IMG/VR virus record: IMGVR_UViG_3300008113_000479
Coordinates: 7,983-71,982 of that record
From: a virus
Lineage: Duplodnaviria; Caudoviricetes
DNA: 64,000 bases
Strand: one strand, 5' to 3'
The first letter of the stretch is position 1; the number at the start of each line of letters is the position of its first letter. Of this stretch, positions 26,294 to 34,300 are shown one piece after another. Under the pieces are notes generated by a model that was given only the letters and a program-made list of their open reading frames with translations, was not told the DNA's origin and did not search any database. The position numbers and the translations under genes were made by a program.

Positions 26294-28089
26294 ATTATCA
26301 TCATCCTATCCATTGCTTCTTTAAGATCATCTGGCATTCTTGGTGCCCTTATCATATTTACAGAAGATACCTCTGGGTTATCTTTACTAAAATCATTATC
26401 ATAAGACATTGATTCATATGTATGTATTCTAATTTCTTCATTTGAATCAAACCTAGTTCCACTTATTGCATTAAATATTGAACCGCAAACGGCGTCAGCC
26501 AAGTCTTTTGATCCTTTTCTTGGGTGATCAACTTTATCTCTCATAATTTTTAATTGCAATAATTCATCTATTAATAGCGGTATATGTGGACCCTTTAATC
26601 TTTCTTCTAAAACAATCATTGCCATATCATCATAATGTTTTTTAGCAACAGATAAAATTTCTGTGTTAATTCCATATTGTTTTAACTGTTGCATCATATC
26701 GTGCGAATTCCATCTATCAAAAGTACATAACCTTATTTTAAAACCCTTTGTTCGTAATGATAAAATATAATCTCTTACTTCTGTAAAGTCTACTGATTTA
26801 TCTGGTGTTGGCGTCCAAAATCTTACTGCATCTACTTCTACTATAGGGGCTGGCTGTGTGTAAGTATCTGTAACTTTTACATTTACCCATCTTTGAACAT
26901 GTGCAAGTGAAACTGCACAATGGTCATGTTTTTGAGCTAAGTCTACGTGTATAAAATATTCTTTATCTGGATCTGGTGTGAACCAATTTTCAAATCTTCC
27001 AAACTGATCTATAGCAACCGCTGTATTATTAAATGCAGTTTCTATTTTTTCTCTTGATTTAAAAAATGCATCAACTGCATCTGATGGCATGCAAGCAAAT
27101 CTTCCCAATGCATCCATTGAGTTTTTATAAAATGCTACTTTAAAATCATCAATACTTCTAGTTGGATTAATTTCCCAAGTTGGTCTCTTTAATGCATATA
27201 CTTTTGGAATAGAATAAGAGACTATATGGTCCTCTTCCCATTCAACTACAAACTCATTTCCTTCGGTTCCGTCTGGTAGATCCAAGTCCATTTTAAAATT
27301 ATGGCTTCTTACTATAACTTCTTTTTCAGCAATAACAGATTCATAAAATTTTTGAATTGGATCATTTTTAAATCTTGGGAAAGAAAGCAATATTACCTTT
27401 CCAAAATCTGGAAAACGTGAGTCTACTGACGCTCTATACATTTCATATATGGCATCTGCGGTTTTAGCCTGATCATGACCTGTTGTATTTTCTGTAGCAA
27501 AGCCAGATATTTCATCAAGAATAACAACAATAACGTTATATCCTTCCCATGCTTCACGCTCAGAGTGACCAGAGTGAACTGTAATTGATTTATCGAATTT
27601 CATTTCCGATGCCTTATCTGTATACTTCCCAGTAAACCACGGAGACTTTTCGATACGTGTTTTAAATCCTTTAAAGAAAACGTTATTAGCCTGTTGAGCG
27701 TTAATAGCAATATTTAAAATATCAATTGCATCTCCAGGTGGTTTACCATAATATGATGCTGGGTCCTTCAAGCATAATAATAGGTATACAATATATGAAG
27801 TTGCAATTGTTGAACAGTAATCTTTTCCAGAACCCTTGCCAAGTTGAGCAATAACTTCATTAGCTGTTTGTTTAAATATTCTAGAGCCTTCTTCTTCCCC
27901 AAATAATTTAATTAATGTAGACTCTTTGTATATCTGTGAAGACTTTTCTATTAAAGTATATTGATATTCTGATAATGGTGGGAGACCTAGGTAGTTTGGG
28001 CTTGTAACAAATTCTTGTAAATTTACTGGTCTTTCTTCAAACTCTTCTCCGTCAAGAATATCAATTAAATCATTAAAATTAAGATCCAT
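26290..28089 (-). CDS. terL: terminase large subunit
   Basis: Walker A GKGSGKD, Walker B VILDE, nuclease motifs HVDLA, FDRW, DHP..GSKDLADA. Confidence 0.92.
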   Translation of the reverse strand: MDLNFNDLIDILDGEEFEERPVNLQEFVTSPNYLGLPPLSEYQYTLIEKSSQIYKESTLIKLFGEEEGSRIFKQTANEVIAQLGKGSGKDYCSTIATSYIVYLLLCLKDPASYYGKPPGDAIDILNIAINAQQANNVFFKGFKTRIEKSPWFTGKYTDKASEMKFDKSITVHSGHSEREAWEGYNVIVVILDEISGFATENTTGHDQAKTADAIYEMYRASVDSRFPDFGKVILLSFPRFKNDPIQKFYESVIAEKEVIVRSHNFKMDLDLPDGTEGNEFVVEWEEDHIVSYSIPKVYALKRPTWEINPTRSIDDFKVAFYKNSMDALGRFACMPSDAVDAFFKSREKIETAFNNTAVAIDQFGRFENWFTPDPDKEYFIHVDLAQKHDHCAVSLAHVQRWVNVKVTDTYTQPAPIVEVDAVRFWTPTPDKSVDFTEVRDYILSLRTKGFKIRLCTFDRWNSHDMMQQLKQYGINTEILSVAKKHYDDMAMIVLEERLKGPHIPLLIDELLQLKIMRDKVDHPRKGSKDLADAVCGSIFNAISGTRFDSNEEIRIHTYESMSYDNDFSKDNPEVSSVNMIRAPRMPDDLKEAMDRMMII

Positions 28090-28615
28090 TTGCCTCCTGA
28101 ATTATTTCAATTGGCTCTATGACTCCTGTAATTTGAGATAATCTTCTTGCCACATCCATTTTACATTTAGGACAAGATGCAGTAACCTCTTTTAATATCT
28201 TAACTAATATATCTTGTTTATGTTCTGTTTCTGCAATCTGTGCTGCCATTTCGGCATTATCTAATAGTCCAACTTCTTTAAGCATAGTAATTCTTTTTGT
28301 TTCAATATCTGAAATTAATTTAAGGGCATTGGCTTTTACATTTAATTGACCTGCCTGATCAGCATCCTCTACAGTTTTCCACGCTTCTTTAATTAACATA
28401 GAATAATGTTGGTCTGCTCCTGAGATGGCCTCTTTAGCCCTCTCCTTAGAGCTTGTATCGTTGTATACGACAGTTTTCCACTCATCTATGAGTTCTACTA
28501 CATCTGACCGCTTAAAGCCCGTTAGAGAGGCAATCTGGGTCGGATTATTGCCCTTTAAAAGTTCGGCAACAACTTTATTCATGCGATCAAAATGATCAGA
28601 TAATTCAATTTCCAT
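28079..28615 (-). CDS. putative terminase small subunit
   Basis: N-terminal HTH, helical body; directly upstream of terL. Confidence 0.65.
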   Translation of the reverse strand: MEIELSDHFDRMNKVVAELLKGNNPTQIASLTGFKRSDVVELIDEWKTVVYNDTSSKERAKEAISGADQHYSMLIKEAWKTVEDADQAGQLNVKANALKLISDIETKRITMLKEVGLLDNAEMAAQIAETEHKQDILVKILKEVTASCPKCKMDVARRLSQITGVIEPIEIIQEANGS

Positions 28616-28623
28616 ATATATGA

Positions 28624-28652
28624 ATTATAATTCTAGTTGACTAAAAAGTCAA
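28624..28652 (-). promoter_or_regulatory. promoter of the terminase operon with a TTGAC-N6-GTCAA palindrome
   Basis: TTGACT-17nt-TATAAT. Confidence 0.7.
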
Positions 28653-28972
28653 TTAGATTTGGCTATTTTATACAACAATAGATATCCAATTAGGTCATCT
28701 ATGTCATTGTCTCCTGCAAATCCTTGATTATTTTTAACCCTATTTAATTTATCATCAATACGAACCTTTAATTGCTCTGTTGAATCCGCCGTTGAAAATA
28801 TTCTAATGGGATCTAATGCTGAATTTCCATAAGATATGTTTTTTTCAATAAGCATTTGAGCAACCTCTAAGCATGCATTTAAAATTTTATGTCCAGCTGG
28901 CGCTGATACGGCATGTAGATATAGATCGTCGTAATGAAAATTTTTAACATCTTTATACACTGGTTTTAGCAT
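28649..28972 (-). CDS. DUF1599-like nucleotide-modification-associated (MazG-like fold) protein
   Basis: KNISYGNS, RIDDKLNR, DLIGY. Confidence 0.7.
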   Translation of the reverse strand: MLKPVYKDVKNFHYDDLYLHAVSAPAGHKILNACLEVAQMLIEKNISYGNSALDPIRIFSTADSTEQLKVRIDDKLNRVKNNQGFAGDNDIDDLIGYLLLYKIAKSN

Positions 28973-28974
28973 TA

Positions 28975-29628
28975 CTACTCCATTTCCTTATATAGTTGTT
29001 TTAATCCATTCAGTGTGCCAATATCCATATAATTTCCAGTTGGCCTTACCGCCTTTACATTTATTCCAGAGTTTATCCAGTCTTGAATTTGTTTTCCTGG
29101 ATGATCTTTATCTATATCTATACTATTATACATATTCCTTAGCAACATAGTTCCCCACATATAGTCATAATCACAATTTGGGTCTTTGTCCATAGAAGAA
29201 ATTACATTGTCATTTTCTATTTTAATTTGTCCGACCCTTCCTTTTATACCAGCATGGCATTTCCATGCACCAAGTACTACGTTGCCATCTGATTTTATCA
29301 TTTCTTTATAAATATTACTAGTGCTATTTATAATAAAAGTATCTGGCATTCCTATTAATAAATTTTCATTATTATTCGACATAAATTTAACGGCATCTGA
29401 CATGGTGGAGGGCTCTTTTACAATTAATTTAATATTCATGTCCATGCTTTGAACTATTGGTACCCAAGCAGATCTTGTTGACACCCTCACTTCATCACAT
29501 ACTTCTAGCATTTGCTCTACATGCCACTGAAGTAACGATCTTTCATCTGATATAGGGAGACAAAATTTAGGTATGCCTCCAATTCTAGACGCTTTGCCTG
29601 AAGCAGGTAGTAGACCTATCGTAGCCAT
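28975..29628 (-). CDS. sugar-phosphate nucleotidyltransferase-like protein
   Basis: LPASGKASRIGGIPKFCLP, YMDIGT. Confidence 0.85.
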   Translation of the reverse strand: MATIGLLPASGKASRIGGIPKFCLPISDERSLLQWHVEQMLEVCDEVRVSTRSAWVPIVQSMDMNIKLIVKEPSTMSDAVKFMSNNNENLLIGMPDTFIINSTSNIYKEMIKSDGNVVLGAWKCHAGIKGRVGQIKIENDNVISSMDKDPNCDYDYMWGTMLLRNMYNSIDIDKDHPGKQIQDWINSGINVKAVRPTGNYMDIGTLNGLKQLYKEME

Positions 29629-30260
29629 TCATGATCCCTTCTTCTAGATAAAGACCAAGGTTTTGCAATTTCAAAATTATTAGATTGTTTATATTTATAA
29701 TACTCTTCATTTTTAACAAATGTTTCGTGGTTAATATTTTTTAATTTATCATCACTGTTAATTGTTTGACTTCCTAATTCAGGAGCTGTGCTGATAGCTG
29801 TTGAAACTATAGTATTTTCTGGGCAAAATCTTGCAACTCTTTCATGAAAATCATTATCTTCAAAATAAATTGGATAGTAGTATTCATCAAATAAGCCAAC
29901 TGTTTCTATTACATTTTCTCCAACAGAAAAACAGCCGTAGGCATCATTTGTAAGAATTAATTTATCAGGCCCACTTAATTCATCTATTTGTTGTAATGCA
30001 GTATTATCCCAAGTAGTATCAGCGGAAGCAAAAAGCCAATATTTTAAATGAGGATAACATTTAATTCCTAGATTCCATGCAGCTGATAGCCCTAGGTTTG
30101 CTGGCATATTTAAAACTTTAATGTTTTCTTTTTCTGTTTTAAACTTTCCACCGTTATCAATAATTAAAATATTGTCTATTGGATAGTTAATAGATTCCAG
30201 CATAGATTCTAGCAAATCGTATCTATTTAATATTGGAACTATCAGTGCTGGTATGCTCAT
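29616..30260 (-). CDS. GT2-family glycosyltransferase
   Basis: IVPILNR, IIDNG, NLGLSAAWNLG, GLFDE..YFEDND. Confidence 0.88.
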   Translation of the reverse strand: MSIPALIVPILNRYDLLESMLESINYPIDNILIIDNGGKFKTEKENIKVLNMPANLGLSAAWNLGIKCYPHLKYWLFASADTTWDNTALQQIDELSGPDKLILTNDAYGCFSVGENVIETVGLFDEYYYPIYFEDNDFHERVARFCPENTIVSTAISTAPELGSQTINSDDKLKNINHETFVKNEEYYKYKQSNNFEIAKPWSLSRRRDHEWLR

Positions 30261-30403
30261 CTTTTTTTAATTAATCCAAACTGATCTAGGTACCTTTGTA
30301 TTGTCATGGCGGAAACACTGCACTCTATAGCAATTTCAGTAACTGTTTTCTTTTGAATTATGTATCTACGATACAGCCAATCTTTACTTTGATATAGTTT
30401 CAT
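30257..30403 (-). CDS. 48-aa HTH protein
   Basis: Read manually: MKLYQSKDWLYRRY..TVTEIAIECSVSAMTIQRYL. Confidence 0.7.
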   Translation of the reverse strand: MKLYQSKDWLYRRYIIQKKTVTEIAIECSVSAMTIQRYLDQFGLIKKR

Positions 30404-30966
30404 CTTTTAGTTAATACCTGATTTGAATAATAAGCTATACCAAATGAATCTGCTACGTCAAAATCATTTAATGATAAATTATATTTATTATTAAAATAAT
30501 CTACAGTTCTTTGTTTACGCATATTTCTTAATTGATTTTTATACCAAGAGTCTGCGTACCCTGGATTTTTTAATCTTATTGCAGACTTTTCATCTTTTGT
30601 TGGATTTTTGTTACCAATAAACGCCTGCCACGAGGATGGGCTAATTGTAATAACTTTAGCGCCAGTAGACATAAGCTCAGCAATAACAACTCCATAGACA
30701 TAAGACAATTTTATCACAGCATCTGGTGATCTGACAAGGATTGCTCCTTCTACCGCAATGTAATCGCTTTTTAATTCTTTAAGCATCATATTCATTCTTA
30801 GTTTAGCATTATATATTTTTTCATAAATATCTTGACCAACTAGATCTATCTTTCCCCACTTTAAAGGTATATCATTTTCCATTAAGCAAAAAGCAATAGA
30901 GTTTGTAGAAGCATCTATACCTAAAACTCTGTGGGCTTTTGTTTTAACTAAACTAGCTAAGTTCAC
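30400..30966 (-). CDS. ruvC: RuvC-like Holliday junction resolvase
   Basis: VLGIDAST, IAVEG, DVADSFGIA; start likely GTG at 30966. Confidence 0.85.
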   Translation of the reverse strand: MNLASLVKTKAHRVLGIDASTNSIAFCLMENDIPLKWGKIDLVGQDIYEKIYNAKLRMNMMLKELKSDYIAVEGAILVRSPDAVIKLSYVYGVVIAELMSTGAKVITISPSSWQAFIGNKNPTKDEKSAIRLKNPGYADSWYKNQLRNMRKQRTVDYFNNKYNLSLNDFDVADSFGIAYYSNQVLTKR

Positions 30967-31231
30967 CGAGTATACCCCATATCGCTTTTTTGCTTTCATA
31001 AGTTATATTTTTTTCACATACAGAGCAAATATTGTTTTGATTGTATCTACTTAGTTTTGTTTTACAAGACTTACAATGTCTAACTGCTCCATTTTTTATA
31101 CTCTTTTTTTCATAATACTTTTCCATAATTCTTTTATTAGTTGCAATTCTACAACACTCATCGGTACAGTATTTTTGATTGTGAGTTTTTGGATTAAATT
31201 CTTTTTTACATTCTTTATTTAAACAAATCAT
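30953..31231 (-). CDS. Cys-rich zinc-finger protein
   Basis: C..EC..F....QKYC..EC, CKSC, CSVC. Confidence 0.75.
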   Translation of the reverse strand: MICLNKECKKEFNPKTHNQKYCTDECCRIATNKRIMEKYYEKKSIKNGAVRHCKSCKTKLSRYNQNNICSVCEKNITYESKKAIWGILGELS

Positions 31232-32013
31232 ATTTTAGGAACCTTGTATTGATCTATTTGAACTGTTCCTATTAACCCCGCATAGCATTCTTTTTTAATT
31301 GGACAATAAGTACATGGCATTTTTGATTTAGAGGATCCTTCTGGACGCATTGGCAGATCCCCCTCTTTAAAGTTATCCCATACCTCAGACATCCATAAAA
31401 AGGTATCCTCAATAATTTGAGTATTTTTTTCATTCATTGAAACTGGTATTACTATAAGTTCTTGTGTGTTTTTATTTTCATACAGAAAGAATCCTTCTTT
31501 GGCATTCTTTAATTTCATATAAGTTAATAACTGAAGCAAATGATTTGCAGTTGGTTTCATCTCTGATTGTCGAGCATCCCACACTTCTTGTTTAGCAGTT
31601 TTAATTTCACCAATTACTGTTTCGTTATCATACTCCATAATTAAATCTATAAAGCCACGGATGGGAGGATATTCATTTACTATCTCCTCTTCTTCCGCTC
31701 TCCACTCAGGCATTGACTTAATTAAATTTTGTAGTCTTTCGTGAGCTTGAGTTCCTTGAGCCATATTGGCAACTGCAACTGCATCGTTGTCATCAATAAA
31801 CATTGCACCGTTAAATGCCATATACCAATATCTAGGGCATGTGCCATGACCATATCCTAAAGAACTTGGACTAAATGATGTTTTAGTAACTTCTCCATCT
31901 GCACGTTTTGTATTTCTATATGATTCATCAAGTAATTGTGCAAAGCGTTCTGGATCAAAATGCTTTCCTGTATGCTTTTTAAATTTAAGATTTTTTACAA
32001 TATCTCTGCCCAC
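31228..32013 (-). CDS. Cas4-like PD-(D/E)xK exonuclease
   Basis: CPRYWY, GTQAH, GFID, EIKT, QLLTY, CTYCPIKKEC. Confidence 0.88.
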   Translation of the reverse strand: MGRDIVKNLKFKKHTGKHFDPERFAQLLDESYRNTKRADGEVTKTSFSPSSLGYGHGTCPRYWYMAFNGAMFIDDNDAVAVANMAQGTQAHERLQNLIKSMPEWRAEEEEIVNEYPPIRGFIDLIMEYDNETVIGEIKTAKQEVWDARQSEMKPTANHLLQLLTYMKLKNAKEGFFLYENKNTQELIVIPVSMNEKNTQIIEDTFLWMSEVWDNFKEGDLPMRPEGSSKSKMPCTYCPIKKECYAGLIGTVQIDQYKVPKI

Positions 32014-32015
32014 TA

Positions 32016-32348
32016 TTAACTATACCTAACTACATACTTAAGTGCATCTACAAGTTTATCTATAGACTCTTTTGCTGAATAGTAAATGTTTTTCTTATTG
32101 TTATTTACAGTACCAGCTTTATCTTTAGCAATAGTAGAATATACTGATGCCATCATAGAAAATTTAGTTGACATGGCCTGTAACTCTATAATTAAATATG
32201 GTGCTTTGGCAGATGGCACATCTGGATTCATTAATAATTTAACTACAATTGCTAGTGCTTTATCTAATTGATCATCATTCATGTATTCATGCAGATCATT
32301 AAATTCAGTAATAGAACTAATTAGCTCTAAGGTATTTTTATCTTCCAC
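32016..32348 (-). CDS. hypothetical helical protein
   Basis: ORF in the recombination operon. Confidence 0.7.
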   Translation of the reverse strand: MEDKNTLELISSITEFNDLHEYMNDDQLDKALAIVVKLLMNPDVPSAKAPYLIIELQAMSTKFSMMASVYSTIAKDKAGTVNNNKKNIYYSAKESIDKLVDALKYVVRYS

Positions 32349-32479
32349 TATTTAACCTTTTTGCTGTTTGTTTTATAAGGACCAAGATCAGCTTTTATAG
32401 TGCCATCTTTTCTAAGTCTTATAATTCTACCGTCTTTAATAATTGTTTTATTAAAAGGTATTTTATTATTGCTTCCCAT
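32348..32479 (-). CDS. 43-aa basic protein
   Basis: Read manually: MGSNNKIPFNKTIIKDGRIIRLRKDGTIKADLG. Confidence 0.55.
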   Translation of the reverse strand: MGSNNKIPFNKTIIKDGRIIRLRKDGTIKADLGPYKTNSKKVK

Positions 32480-32777
32480 TATGCTCCTCCCAGCAGTTAA
32501 TTAATTCTTCTAATATAGACCACTCAATAATTCCTAATCTTACTTTTGCATCTTCTCCAATAATAATTTTTAATGCTGGGTGCATGTCCCTGCTTACCTT
32601 AAAGGTATCCGTACATATCTTAGCCCATACATCTTTATTTAAATTAAATGATCTGGATGATTCTTTATAATCTACTACAAACTGGTTCCATTTAGCATCG
32701 CCCTTTTGATAGTCACCACGCCCGCTATTTTTTTGAGCCTTAGCTCCGTCACGTTTTACTTCAGATCTTTCTGACAT
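32466..32777 (-). CDS. PD-(D/E)xK nuclease / resolvase-like protein
   Basis: KNSGRG..KGDA..VVDYKE. Confidence 0.7.
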   Translation of the reverse strand: MSERSEVKRDGAKAQKNSGRGDYQKGDAKWNQFVVDYKESSRSFNLNKDVWAKICTDTFKVSRDMHPALKIIIGEDAKVRLGIIEWSILEELINCWEEHNGKQ

Positions 32778-32968
32778 TATCCGTTAACCTTATATTGATT
32801 TTCGTGTCCATCTGGGCATTTCCATGAAATAATAAATGTTGATGGATCCCAAAATGCTTTTTCTGCATCTTTATCGCATTTAGAGCATGGCTTTGTTCCA
32901 GGTATTTCTTCAACACCATTCTTTTGTAAAATTTCTGGCTTATTAAAAAACTCTTTAAGATTTGGCAT
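32777..32968 (-). CDS. zinc-ribbon protein
   Basis: CSKC and CPDGH. Confidence 0.65.
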   Translation of the reverse strand: MPNLKEFFNKPEILQKNGVEEIPGTKPCSKCDKDAEKAFWDPSTFIISWKCPDGHENQYKVNG

Positions 32969-33959
32969 TTATATCCTCAATTAATTTGCTAACAACTTTT
33001 GGATTTTCTTTTAAATATGCAACTGCTTTGGCACGACCTTGAAATCTTTCTCCATTAACAGTATACCAAGCGCCACCTTTTTCTACAATACCGCACATTT
33101 CTGCAACATCCAGTGACTCTCCTATTTGATCTACACCAAGAACTTCTCCTTGATAATAAAAATCATATTGTCCAGATAAATTTGGTGGCCCAAGTTTATT
33201 ATAATCAATAATCCAATTAACTGGTCGACCTACTCTTTGTTCAATAAGTTTATCTCCAACTTTTACATCAGCTTTAATAGCATTAGCCTCAGCTTCAGAT
33301 GACCAAAGTTTAATTACTGTAGAAGAAAAGAATTTAACAGCCATTCCGCCAGTAGGAATATGAGAAGCATGCATTGAACCAAATTGATTTCTTTGTTGAG
33401 AAATTAAAACTAGTAATGTATTTTTATTTGCGTAGTTAAGCATTTTAACCGCATGAGTCATATCTTTTGCTTCAGCACCTATTTGTTTTGTATCTTGCAA
33501 ATCTTTTAACTCATTGCCATCTTTTTCAAAATAAATTGCTGGTAGTAGCGCTGAAATAGAGTCTACAACTATAATATCAACTTCGGCTTCCATTAATTTT
33601 GTTGCAACATCTACCATATCATTTACTGTTTTTGCAGACGAATATATTAATTTAGATGAATCTACGCAAAGCTGTTCTGCCCAGGATTGATCGTATGATG
33701 CTTCTGCATCTATCCACGCACAAGTCTTTCCTTCTTTTTGTGCCATTGCAATCATTTGCAAACAAAATGAAGATTTACCTGCAGACTTATTTCCCCAAAC
33801 CAATACCTGTCTACCAAAACCTAGTCCGCCCTTTAGTGCCATATTAAGACCAATACTTGGGGTAAGTTGTTTTTCTACCTTTACATCTTGTGCTGATTGA
33901 ACTCTTGCTCTTGTCTTTGGATCTAATTTTGATAATATATCATCTATTAAAATTGTCAT
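32955..33959 (-). CDS. recA: RecA/UvsX recombinase
   Basis: GNKSAGKS, WIDAEAS, IVVDSISAL, PTGGMAVKFFSS, GAWY. Confidence 0.93.
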   Translation of the reverse strand: MTILIDDILSKLDPKTRARVQSAQDVKVEKQLTPSIGLNMALKGGLGFGRQVLVWGNKSAGKSSFCLQMIAMAQKEGKTCAWIDAEASYDQSWAEQLCVDSSKLIYSSAKTVNDMVDVATKLMEAEVDIIVVDSISALLPAIYFEKDGNELKDLQDTKQIGAEAKDMTHAVKMLNYANKNTLLVLISQQRNQFGSMHASHIPTGGMAVKFFSSTVIKLWSSEAEANAIKADVKVGDKLIEQRVGRPVNWIIDYNKLGPPNLSGQYDFYYQGEVLGVDQIGESLDVAEMCGIVEKGGAWYTVNGERFQGRAKAVAYLKENPKVVSKLIEDINAKS

Positions 33960-34069
33960 TTATCTGCTTTCTATGTCTTCTCATTATATCATTAAAATAA
34001 ATTTTTGTTTCTTTATAACAAAAATCATCTGATCTTTTATTTAAAACAGGAGCAACTGGCTCATCAATT

Positions 34070-34300
34070 TTATTCTGTAGGAGCATCCTGATTATCAGCT
34101 GGTTGTTCAATGTTCTCCTTTAATTGAAATACAAATTCTTTTGTCTCTTCATTATATTCAACATTTAAGTTTTTTTGTTCAGCACCTGAACTAATAAATA
34201 CATCAAGCGGTATGTTTACTACTTTTTGAGTATCTAAAATTGCTACTAAAATTTTTGTAGCATTCATAGCTTCAAATATTTCATTTGGCGTTTGAGTCAT
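34070..34300 (-). CDS. hypothetical protein
   Basis: ATGA-coupled to dnaE. Confidence 0.65.
   Translation of the reverse strand: MTQTPNEIFEAMNATKILVAILDTQKVVNIPLDVFISSGAEQKNLNVEYNEETKEFVFQLKENIEQPADNQDAPTE

Noticed and set aside
31228-32013. Cas4-like gene as evidence of CRISPR-Cas
   Set aside because: No cas1/cas2 and no repeat-spacer array seen; stand-alone Cas4-like nucleases are common in phage recombination modules.
33940-34090. Possible 48-aa ORF (MLLQNKIDEPVAPV..) between the dnaE-linked gene and recA
   Set aside because: It overlaps both neighbours and the recA promoter and has no motif support.
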